In this document: piece after piece, positions 1 to 8,580 of the stretch
Numbering within the stretch: the first letter of the stretch is position 1
Layout: each line of letters opens with the position of its first letter
From: Bacillota bacterium
GTDB taxonomy: Bacteria > Bacillota > Desulfotomaculia > Desulfotomaculales > Nap2-2B
NCBI GenBank assembly: GCA_040755215.1
Contig: JBFMBG010000001.1
Coordinates: forward strand, 41,157-105,156
Direction of reading: 5' to 3'
Length of the DNA stretch: 64,000 nt
Position numbers and translations under genes: made by a program
Notes under the pieces: generated by a model
Seen by the model: only the letters and a program-made list of their open reading frames with translations
Told to the model about the DNA's origin: nothing
The model's database searches: none

Positions 1-395
1 TGAACGCCAGCCTCCGGCAGGCCTTTGCCGAGGAAGTGCTGGATCTCGAACGGATCGGCGCCCTCCTGGGAGAAGCCGAGATATCCAACGTTCCGCTGGA
101 TGGACCCGGCCTGGCCTATACTCTGCAACACACTCTGGAAAAGATGGCGGAGCGGCTGCACGAGCAGCCCGGGAACCGCTCCCTGCTGGCGCACCTTGAC
201 GAGGCAATTGCCCTGGTACGCGCGCTGCCCTTCGAGGCGGATCTCTGGAAGGTGCAAAATGTTTACTACGGACTTTTGCAGGCGGTCTATCCGGAATTTT
301 CGAAAAAGGCCGGGCAGGGGGATGAGGAGGCCCGGACGTGGGTCGACCGCTTCAACGCCTTGGGGGATAAGCTCCGGATGCGCAGGGGCAAGTAA
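1..395 (+). CDS. C-terminal part of a DUF3536/GH57-type alpha-glucan-active protein (5' truncated by the window)
   Basis: Frame is open from the window start; C-terminal LW(K)VQNxYY-type helical domain; lies directly upstream of treY as in glycogen/trehalose clusters. Confidence 0.65.
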   Translation, partial: NASLRQAFAEEVLDLERIGALLGEAEISNVPLDGPGLAYTLQHTLEKMAERLHEQPGNRSLLAHLDEAIALVRALPFEADLWKVQNVYYGLLQAVYPEFSKKAGQGDEEARTWVDRFNALGDKLRMRRGK

Positions 396-472
396 GCTCC
401 AATGACGTTAGGAATCGGGAGTTAGACCTACATTCCGCTTCTAGGGATACCAACAGAGGATGAAACTCCCCG

Positions 473-526
473 GCCCGCCGTTCGATTTGCCAGGAGCATC
501 GGAGCGACGGCAAACGAACGGCGGGC
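473..526. repeat. GC-rich intergenic hairpin (REP-like palindrome)
   Basis: GCCCGCCGTTCG (473-484) pairs perfectly with CGAACGGCGGGC (515-526); inner TTTGCC/GGCAAA stem. Confidence 0.7.
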
Positions 527-594
527 AAAGGGGAATTTTCAGGAGGGAATTAGGGGTTGGATGCTCTTCATGTGGATGACTATTTTCACCCATT

Positions 595-3500
595 ATGGAG
601 GGAATTCGTGTTCCTATGAACAACTTCCCGATTACTCCCGCCGCCACCTACCGGCTCCAGTTCAACCGGGATTTCCGCTTTGCCGACGCCCGGGCCCTGG
701 GGCCCTACCTGCACGCCCTGGGCGTTACCGACCTCTACGCGTCCCCTTTGCTGGCGGCCCGGCGGGGGAGCCCGCACGGCTACGACGTGACCGACCCGGC
801 CAGGTTGAATCCGGAACTGGGCGGTGAAAAGGATTTTGCCGCGCTGGTGGAAGCGCTGGAACAACACGAAATGGGGCTGCTGCTGGATATCGTCCCCAAC
901 CACATGGCCGCCGGCAGCGAAAATCCGTGGTGGCGGGACGTCCTCAGGAACGGCCCGGAATCGCCCTACGCCGCTTTTTTCGACATCGACTGGCGGCCCG
1001 CCGCCGGGACCGGGCCGGCCGGCAAGGTGCTGCTCCCGGTGCTGGGCGCTCCCTACGGCGAAGCGCTGGAGAACGGGGAGTTAACCATCGCGCTGGCGGA
1101 AGATGGTTTTTGGCTCAGCTACCGCAAACTGCGCTTTCCGCTTAACCGCGCCTCGTCCGTCCGGCTCCTGGAGCACGGCCTGAAGAGGCTGGCCAAAAAC
1201 CCCGGCTTCAATCATCCGGCGGCAGCGCAACTGCTGGATTTAATTGCGTCTCTGAAGGGGTTGCCCGAACGGGGGAAAGACGAGAACCCCGGGAAATCCG
1301 GGGGGACCGGGGAGCCTGAAGAACTCGGGACTCCCGGGGAGCCCGGGGAATCCGCGGGGACGGGGGGACTCCGGAAGGAACTCGGGACGCCCGGCGGCGC
1401 CGCCCGCCGGCAGACCGCCTGGGAAAGGCTCTGGCGCCTTTACAGCGAACAGCCCGGGATAAAAGCGTTCATCGATGAGAATCTGCGGATCATTAACGGC
1501 AAAAAAGGAGATCCGCAGAGCTTTAACTTGCTCGACCGGATTATCCGAGAGCAGTTTTACCGGCCGGCCTTCTGGCGGGTGGCCGGGGAGGAAATCAACT
1601 ACCGGCGTTTCTTTGACGTGAGCGACCTGGTTTCGCTGCGGACGGAGGAAGAGAGCGTGTTTGCCGCCGCCCACGCCCTTGTCTTCAAGCTGATCGCGGC
1701 CGGGCGGGTGACCGGCCTGCGGATCGACCACATCGACGGCCTGCGCGACCCGCAAGTTTACTTGAACCGGCTCCAGGAACACCTGGGGAAAGAGAAAACA
1801 GCCGGCGCAGAGGCGGCTGGAGCAGGGGAGACCGCCGCGGAAGCGGAATCAGGAGCGGCGGAGGCAGGGACGACGGAGGCGGCTGGAGCGGCAGGAGCAG
1901 AAACGACGGAAACGGCCGGGGCGGCGAGTGCTGCGGCGGGTGCTGCTGGCGGAACGGAAGCGGAAAAGAGGGGAGCGATGGAAGCGTTGGAGACCGCCCG
2001 GCCGCCTGGGCGGCGCCCCGCTTTTTACGTGGTGGCGGAAAAAATCCTCGGCGACGACGAGGAGCTGCCCGCCGGGTGGCCGGTCCACGGCACCACGGGC
2101 TACGATTTTTTGAACGCTCTCAACGGCCTCTTTGTCGACAGGCGGAGCGCCGCGGCCCTGGACGAACTCTATAGCCGGATGGGCGGACCGGAAACGGAAA
2201 AGAATTTTGCCACCGTGGTTTATCTCCAAAAAAAGAAGGTGATGGCGGAATTATTCGCCAGCGAGGTAAGCAACCTGGTCCAAATGCTGGGCCGCCTGGC
2301 GCAGGCCGACCGCTACGGCCGGGATCTCACCGGAAGCGAACTCAAAGAAGCATTGACGGAAGTTACCGCCTGCCTTCCGGTTTACCGGACCTACATCCGC
2401 GACTTCGCGGTGACGGAGCGGGACCGCCGGTACATCGAAGGTGCGGTCTCCGAAACCGTCCGGAGGCGCCCCGCCGCCCGTCCGGCCTGCGTTTTCTTGC
2501 GGCGGGTTCTGCTGCTGGCGTTTCCGGATTACCTGGCCGCCGAACAAAAACGGGAATGGTTAAATTTCGTCATGCGCTGGCAGCAATTCACCGGTCCGAT
2601 CATGGCCAAGGGGTTCGAGGATACCGCTCTTTACGTCTACAACCGGCTGGTTTCCCTCAACGAAGTAGGCGGCGACCCCGGCAGAACCGCGGGAATCCCT
2701 GTCGTGGAATTTCACCGCCGCAACCGGGTCAGGCAGGCGCGCCGCCCCCATACCTTAAACGCCACGTCCACCCACGACACCAAGCGCAGCGAGGACGTCC
2801 GGGCGCGGATCAACGTGCTCTCCGAAATCCCCGCGGCGTGGACGCAAGCGGTCGAACGGTGGCACCGCTGGAACCAGCCCAAGAAGCCGGTGGTAAACGG
2901 CGCCCCCGTCCCCGACGGAAACATGGAACTGCTCATCTACCAGACACTCATCGGCGCCTGGCCGCTGCGTGAAGAAGAAGTGTCCTCGTTCCAGGAGCGG
3001 CTCCGGGCCTACCTGGTGAAGGCAGCCCGGGAAGCCAAAATCCACACCAGCTGGCTCGCACCCAACGCCGGCTACGAGCGCGCCCTGGAAGACTTCGTCA
3101 CGGCTATCCTGGAGCCTTCCGAAGAAAACCGGTTTCTGCCGGACTTTCTGCAATTCCAGAAAATCCCCGCCTTTTACGGCGCCCTGAATTCGCTGGCGCA
3201 AGTCCTGCTCAAAATCGCCTCCCCGGGCGTTCCCGACTTCTACCAGGGAACGGAACTATGGAATTTCTCGCTGGTGGACCCGGATAACCGGCGCCCGGTG
3301 GATTTCCAGGTACGGATGGAAGTGTTAAAAACTCTGCAAAATTGGAACAACGCGAAGACAAGAAACGGGGAGAATAAAGAGAACGAGAGAGGCGGCTGGA
3401 AACTGGCCCTGGCAGGAGAACTCCTCCAACGCTGGGAAGACGGCCGGGTTAAACTTTATCTTACGTATCAAGTCTTGCACGTTCGCCGGACTCACAGGGA

Positions 3501-3933
3501 TTTGTTTTTGGCCGGGGAATATATCCCTTTGGTAGCCGCCGGTCCCCGGGATGAACACATCTGCGCCTTCGCCCGGCACCTGGGGGGCGACTGGGTCCTG
3601 GCGGCGGCCCCCCGCCTGTCGGCACGGCTGATGCTGGAAAGTGCAACGCAATGCGCAGACTTCTCGAACAACGAACCGTTGCTGCCCCTGCCGCCGCTCG
3701 CCTTCCCCTTAGGCGAAGGAGTATGGGGAGAAACTTCCCTGCTTCTCCCCGCGCACGCCCCGGACCGCTGGCGCAACATCCTGACCGGGGAGGTAGTGCA
3801 AACCGCAACAGCAGCGCAAAACCCTCCCCATCCGCCCGGGAGCAACTTACATCCGCCAGAGTACAAGGCGCTTCCCATCGCCGCAGTGCTTCGTAACTTT
3901 CCTGTTGCCTTGCTGGCCGGCATTCCCGCATAA
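595..3933 (+). CDS. treY: Malto-oligosyltrehalose synthase (GH13) with low-complexity insertions
   Basis: ATYRLQF, GSPHGYDV, DIVPNHM, GLRIDHIDGL, VAEKIL, STHDTKRSEDVRARI, GVPDFYQG, SLVDPDNRRPVDF motifs. Confidence 0.95.
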   Translation: MEGIRVPMNNFPITPAATYRLQFNRDFRFADARALGPYLHALGVTDLYASPLLAARRGSPHGYDVTDPARLNPELGGEKDFAALVEALEQHEMGLLLDIVPNHMAAGSENPWWRDVLRNGPESPYAAFFDIDWRPAAGTGPAGKVLLPVLGAPYGEALENGELTIALAEDGFWLSYRKLRFPLNRASSVRLLEHGLKRLAKNPGFNHPAAAQLLDLIASLKGLPERGKDENPGKSGGTGEPEELGTPGEPGESAGTGGLRKELGTPGGAARRQTAWERLWRLYSEQPGIKAFIDENLRIINGKKGDPQSFNLLDRIIREQFYRPAFWRVAGEEINYRRFFDVSDLVSLRTEEESVFAAAHALVFKLIAAGRVTGLRIDHIDGLRDPQVYLNRLQEHLGKEKTAGAEAAGAGETAAEAESGAAEAGTTEAAGAAGAETTETAGAASAAAGAAGGTEAEKRGAMEALETARPPGRRPAFYVVAEKILGDDEELPAGWPVHGTTGYDFLNALNGLFVDRRSAAALDELYSRMGGPETEKNFATVVYLQKKKVMAELFASEVSNLVQMLGRLAQADRYGRDLTGSELKEALTEVTACLPVYRTYIRDFAVTERDRRYIEGAVSETVRRRPAARPACVFLRRVLLLAFPDYLAAEQKREWLNFVMRWQQFTGPIMAKGFEDTALYVYNRLVSLNEVGGDPGRTAGIPVVEFHRRNRVRQARRPHTLNATSTHDTKRSEDVRARINVLSEIPAAWTQAVERWHRWNQPKKPVVNGAPVPDGNMELLIYQTLIGAWPLREEEVSSFQERLRAYLVKAAREAKIHTSWLAPNAGYERALEDFVTAILEPSEENRFLPDFLQFQKIPAFYGALNSLAQVLLKIASPGVPDFYQGTELWNFSLVDPDNRRPVDFQVRMEVLKTLQNWNNAKTRNGENKENERGGWKLALAGELLQRWEDGRVKLYLTYQVLHVRRTHRDLFLAGEYIPLVAAGPRDEHICAFARHLGGDWVLAAAPRLSARLMLESATQCADFSNNEPLLPLPPLAFPLGEGVWGETSLLLPAHAPDRWRNILTGEVVQTATAAQNPPHPPGSNLHPPEYKALPIAAVLRNFPVALLAGIPA

Positions 3934-3953
3934 GGTAACGCGAACATCTCCTG

Positions 3954-3979
3954 AAAAACAAAAAAGCCTGGCGTGGCTG
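3954..3979 (-). terminator. Probable intrinsic terminator on the minus strand, likely the original tRNA operon terminator
   Basis: Minus strand reads AGCC-acgcca-GGCT-TTTTTGTTTTT just beyond the duplicated tRNA 3' end; the stem is short. Confidence 0.4.
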
Positions 3980-3999
3980 AACAACAACCCGCTGCAAAT

Positions 4000-4054
4000 C
4001 CTTGATTCTCAAAGCTTCCCTGAAAAATAAATGGTGGGCGCGGCAAGGATTGAA
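4000..4054 (-). repeat. att site: duplicated 3' end of tRNA-Val
   Basis: AAAATAAATGGTGGGCGCGGCAAGGATTGAA (4024-4054) is identical to 19876-19906; imperfect similarity extends over 4000-4023 vs 19852-19875. Confidence 0.92.
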
Positions 4055-4084
4055 AATTTCACTCCCTGTTTAACCCCGCATTAT

Positions 4085-4546
4085 TCAAGGGATTTTCTTC
4101 TTTATGTCTGCATTTCGGTCTGCATCTTTTAGGGCGTCCACCACGTTTGCTCCCTTCCTCACGGCGTGGGCGTAGATCGCTGCGGTGGTGGCCGGGCTGC
4201 TGTGGCCCAAAAAAGCGGCCACGACCGGGAGGGAATACCCGGCGTCCAAAAGTATCGATCCAGCGGTATGACGGAAATCGTGGGGTTTCATCCGTTCCAA
4301 GCCGGCTTTTTTCAACGCCAGGCGAAGGGTTTTCCGCACCGCGCTGTCCTTCACCGGCCTTCCGTCCGGGGCGGTGAAAACGAGGTTTTCTTCCGGTTTC
4401 AACTTAACGACCTTGCAGTTTCCTTCCTGCCGCTTCTTTAGTTTATTCAGCATCTCCAAAGTTTTTTCGTCAATTTTCAGGATGCGTTCGCTGGCGGCCG
4501 TTTTCGTTTCCTTGAGTTTCCTTTTTCGGATGTTTACGGCCCTCCT
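4085..4546 (-). pseudogene. Tyrosine recombinase/integrase, C-terminal catalytic fragment
   Basis: ETKTAASER, HDFRH (HxxR), LGHS and the catalytic Tyr (AIYAH); N-terminus missing and fused to a transposase remnant. Confidence 0.88.
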
Positions 4547-4548
4547 AG

Positions 4549-5307
4549 TGGTTGAAAATCGCCCAAGAACAGGGCATGTGTTGCCTTCAGCGCCCGGGGA
4601 AAAAGGTCTATCTGGGCAGCCTTTTCCGCAACGGCCTCCGGGTTGTTTTCAAAGTGATCGAAAAAACGATCCGGGCCGACGGACAGATCCTCCTCTTTCC
4701 CGAAATCGAGGTAAAGACCTGGTGGACTTCCCTTGACCTCCCGGCTTCGGTAATCGTGGAACTTTACGAAGCCCACGGAACAAGCGAACAGTTCCACGGT
4801 GAAATCAAGACAGAGCTGAACCTGGAAAGGCTTCCTTCCGGAAAGTTCGCCACCAATAACCTGGTCCTGCACTTAGGACTGCTGGCCTGCAACATCTTGC
4901 GCGTAATCGGCCAGGAAAGCTTGCGAATTGCCAATGTTCCCTTAAAAAAGAAAGTGTCCAGAAGACGGATCAGAACCGTCATTCAGAACCTGATTTACCT
5001 GGCTTCCCGGGTGGTTTACCACTCCCGGCGCTACAAACTTGGCTCTAGCCGCCATTGCCCGTGGTTTGCTACCTTTAAACGGGTTTACCTGGCTTTTGCC
5101 TGAATCGAGCCCCTGACCTGGAGTTTACAATTTCCAAATGCAGGGCGGGGTTTCTATTCCCTAAAAATGACCCGCTGATGTCATTTTTTGGAATAACCCC
5201 AAAAGAAGGAACCTGCAAGCTAAAATCAGCTAGAATCTCCAGCATTAATAGGTAAACCAGATTATGTCTAAAAATGGTTATTAGTTAAAAAGTGTCACGG
5301 ATTCAGG
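4549..5307 (+). mobile_element. IS1380-family insertion sequence remnant (transposase 3' part 4552-5103 plus right end)
   Basis: HGTSEQFHGEIKTELNLERLPSGKFATN signature; putative right end GTGTCACGGATTCAGG at 5292-5307; 5' part absent. Confidence 0.82.
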
Positions 5308-5377
5308 CCATAAACAACGCAGAGGATATATGTGAGCACCATAAAAAGTCCCAATGACCAGCTGACAACCCTAACGT

Positions 5378-5569
5378 TCAACAACATCCATGACCTCCTT
5401 TATGTTCTTTTTTAGAAGGCGTTTCTGAATGTCCTCTGTGTTCTCCTTTGTCCTCTCCCCTGCCGTGACCTCCGCATCCGCCTCCATGCTTGCCATGCCC
5501 AAAGAGATGGATGGCAATGAAGAAAACAAAGAACGCAACAAAAATCCAGTTCTCTCTAATCCATTCCAT
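5378..5569 (-). CDS. Small His/Gly-rich membrane protein (DUF2933-like), copper-cassette associated
   Basis: One TM helix then HLFGHGKHGGGCGGHG and terminal HGCC; GGAG RBS. Confidence 0.7.
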   Translation of the reverse strand: MEWIRENWIFVAFFVFFIAIHLFGHGKHGGGCGGHGRGEDKGEHRGHSETPSKKEHKGGHGCC

Positions 5570-5611
5570 GATTACCTCTCCTTATTATTGCATGCGTCGT
5601 TAATTCCATCC

Positions 5612-5836
5612 TCATCTGTTGAGGTCATCTCTCATTCTTTCAAATTCTTCCTTTGTTATTTCCCCTTTTGCGTATCTTTTCTTGAGAATTTCAACCGGTG
5701 ATTCTTGATCTTCTTTTTTTGTACCCTTTGCAATATTCTGGATTAGGTAAGCGATCCCAAATATGACCAGTCCCCAGAAGATTATCATAAATAACCATCC
5801 AAGACCCATTCCCCATCCATAGTCTCCCCAGTGCAC
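5612..5836 (-). CDS. SHOCT-domain membrane protein
   Basis: TM segment plus EILKKRYAKGEITKEEFE; GTG start after GGAGG. Confidence 0.85.
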   Translation of the reverse strand: MHWGDYGWGMGLGWLFMIIFWGLVIFGIAYLIQNIAKGTKKEDQESPVEILKKRYAKGEITKEEFERMRDDLNR

Positions 5837-5935
5837 AACCGCACCTCCTCTCACACCGCGCAGCTACATCATACCCTGAAAATACATTCTGACGAAACCG
5901 CTCCTGAGGTTGTTTTCATCCGGCTCTGTAAACCA

Positions 5936-8329
5936 TCACAGTCTTACCCTCCTCAGTCTAAGGGCGTTGCCAACCACCGATACAGAGCTGAAGCTCATGG
6001 CGGCAGCAGCAAATACAGGGCTTAGCAGGATGCCGAAAAATGGGTATAGAATGCCTGCGGCAATCGGAACGCCAAGCGCATTATAGATAAAGGCCCAGAA
6101 GAGGTTCTGCTTGATGTTGCGCATCGTTGCCCTGCTCAGGCGCCTCGCCCGAACTATGCCCCTCAGGTCACCCTTTACCAGGGTCACGCCGGCGCTCTCC
6201 ATTGCTACATCTGTGCCTGTTCCCATGGCGATACCAACATGTGCCTGTGCCAGAGCAGGGGCATCATTTATTCCGTCACCTGCCATGGCAACAATCTTAC
6301 CTTCATTCTGAAGCCGTTTGACAACCTCGGACTTCTCATGGGGCAGCACCTCGGCAATCACCTCATCGAGCCCGAGCCGCTTTGAAACCGCCTCAGCTGT
6401 GGTACGATTGTCTCCCGTGAGCATAACGATACGGATACCCTCTCTGTGGAGCATCTCGATGGCCTCAGGAGTTGTTTCCTTTATCGGGTCGGCAACTCCA
6501 AGAAGCCCTGCCATCCGGCCGTCCACTGCGATGAACATCACCGTCTGACCTTCCCTGCGCATGGCCTCAGCTTTTTCGGAGAGTTTACCGGGGTCAATGC
6601 CGAGGTCATCGAGGAGCTTTCTGTTGCCAAGGGCAATCCTGTATCCCTGAATCTTACCAACAACTCCTTTACCTGTCATGGATTCAAAGTTCTCAACATT
6701 GGTAAGGCTTATGCCCCTTTGCTCTGCTCCTTTTACGATTGCCGCTCCAAGGGGGTGTTCGCTTGCACGTTCAAGGCTGGCGGCAAAATAGAGTATCGAT
6801 TTTTCGTCGAATCCATCATCTGGCACTATCTCCACAAGGGCAGGCTTACCAACGGTGAGTGTTCCTGTCTTATCCACCACGAGAGTATCCACCTTTTTCA
6901 TCACTTCTATGACCTCTGCGTTTTTGAAAAGCACTCCTGCTGTTGCACCCTTTCCCATGGCAACCATTATGGACATGGGTGTTGCGAGGCCGAGTGCGCA
7001 GGGACAGGCAATGATCAAAACTGCCACCGCGTTGATGATTGCGTGTGCCATTCTCGGTTCAGGGCCTATCCATGCCCATACAATGAAGGTGAGGACTGCT
7101 ACTGTAACAACGATCTGGACAAAATAGGCTGCTACGATGTCTGCGAGCTTCTGTATGGGTGCACGGCTCCTCTGTGCCTCGGCAACCATGCGAACGATCT
7201 GCGACAGAAGGGTATCGGCTCCCACCTTCTCGGCCCTCATTATCAGCATGCCCGTGCCATTGACGGTTGCGCCGATGAGACGGTCTCCTTTCTGCTTCTG
7301 CACAGGAATCGGCTCACCCGTAACCATCGATTCATCCACCGAGCTCGTCCCTTCAACAACTACGCCGTCCACAGGTATCTTCTCTCCCGGTCGGACGCGA
7401 AGGATATCCCCCGGTCTTACGTGCTCAAGGGGGATGTCCTCTTCTACGCCGTCCCTTATACGCCTGGCCGTCTTCGGAGCAAGGCCGAGTAGCGCCTTAA
7501 TGGCCGCTCCTGTCTTACTCCGGGCCTTTAGTTCGAGCACCTGTCCCAGAAGCACCAGGGTCACGATGACCGCTGCAGCCTCAAAATAGACTCCCACTTC
7601 ACCTCCCTCTTTTCTAAAGGAAGCAGGGAATATGTCCGGCAGGAGTGCCCCCACAAAGCTGTATACATAAGCCAGCCCAACACCGAGCGCTATCAACGTA
7701 AACATATTGAAGTTTCTGCTCACAACAGACTGCCAGCCACGGACAAAGAAAGGCCAGCCGGCCCAAAGGACAACGGGTGTGGCGAGAACCAGTTCTGCCC
7801 ATTTCAGGAACCCATGAGAGGGCAAACCTTCCAAGGAAAGGCCGGGGATGTAGTTTCGCATTGCCACAAAAACCAGGGGAATTGTAAGAATCACGCCCAG
7901 CCTGAATCGCCTTGTCATGTCGATGAGCTCCGGGTTTTCCTCTTTTTCAGGGATAGTTCGTGGCTCAAGCGCCATCCCGCAGATGGGACACGCCCCCGGT
8001 AAGTCACGGACGATTTCCGGATGCATCGGGCATGTCCACTCCGTTTTGGCCATAGCAACCAATGGAGTGACCGGTTCAAGCGCCATCCCGCAGATGGGAC
8101 ACGCCCCCGGCTCTTTTTGACGGACCTCAGGATGCATGGGGCAGGTATAGAACACCCCTGCCTCCGGAGCGGCAGGGACCTTCTCCTCAACAAAGGCGTC
8201 AGGATCCCTGTCAAACTTATCCTTACAGTGCTTTGAGCAAAAATAGTATGTAACGCCTTTAAATGATGAAACGGCTGCGGCATTTTTATCCTCTATGGTC
8301 ATCTTGCATACAGGGTCTGTGACCTTCAA
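5936..8329 (-). CDS. copA: Cu(I)-translocating P1B-type ATPase with YHS and two CPMHP metal-binding domains
   Basis: DPVC..YYFCS, two [19 protein letters not shown] repeats, [24 protein letters not shown] and MxxSS; TTG at 8329 preferred (ORF open to 8350). Confidence 0.93.
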   Translation of the reverse strand: MKVTDPVCKMTIEDKNAAAVSSFKGVTYYFCSKHCKDKFDRDPDAFVEEKVPAAPEAGVFYTCPMHPEVRQKEPGACPICGMALEPVTPLVAMAKTEWTCPMHPEIVRDLPGACPICGMALEPRTIPEKEENPELIDMTRRFRLGVILTIPLVFVAMRNYIPGLSLEGLPSHGFLKWAELVLATPVVLWAGWPFFVRGWQSVVSRNFNMFTLIALGVGLAYVYSFVGALLPDIFPASFRKEGGEVGVYFEAAAVIVTLVLLGQVLELKARSKTGAAIKALLGLAPKTARRIRDGVEEDIPLEHVRPGDILRVRPGEKIPVDGVVVEGTSSVDESMVTGEPIPVQKQKGDRLIGATVNGTGMLIMRAEKVGADTLLSQIVRMVAEAQRSRAPIQKLADIVAAYFVQIVVTVAVLTFIVWAWIGPEPRMAHAIINAVAVLIIACPCALGLATPMSIMVAMGKGATAGVLFKNAEVIEVMKKVDTLVVDKTGTLTVGKPALVEIVPDDGFDEKSILYFAASLERASEHPLGAAIVKGAEQRGISLTNVENFESMTGKGVVGKIQGYRIALGNRKLLDDLGIDPGKLSEKAEAMRREGQTVMFIAVDGRMAGLLGVADPIKETTPEAIEMLHREGIRIVMLTGDNRTTAEAVSKRLGLDEVIAEVLPHEKSEVVKRLQNEGKIVAMAGDGINDAPALAQAHVGIAMGTGTDVAMESAGVTLVKGDLRGIVRARRLSRATMRNIKQNLFWAFIYNALGVPIAAGILYPFFGILLSPVFAAAAMSFSSVSVVGNALRLRRVRL

Positions 8330-8580
8330 ATTTACACCCCCTCTTAACATTGCTCTATTTTCGCCTTTATTTATTCGCCTTTATTTATTCTACTATCCTA
8401 CTCTTACTATCTTACACATTTTTTCATTATCTTCATCATTCTTGTTTATTTATCTCTTTCGGTACCCATACTCCTTCTCTGAAGACATTCTTTTCAAAAT
8501 CCCCGAAATTTCATTCATCACCATATCTGCCGCGATGCGTCAAAAACACCAGGTCGCCCCCCAACGTCACCTAATATTGT

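Noticed and set aside
1789..2015. Possible intein in TreY
   Set aside because: No Cys/Ser start with His-Asn end and no endonuclease motifs; only low-complexity sequence
6446..7492. 348-aa plus-strand ORF
   Set aside because: Antisense shadow of copA with no recognisable motifs
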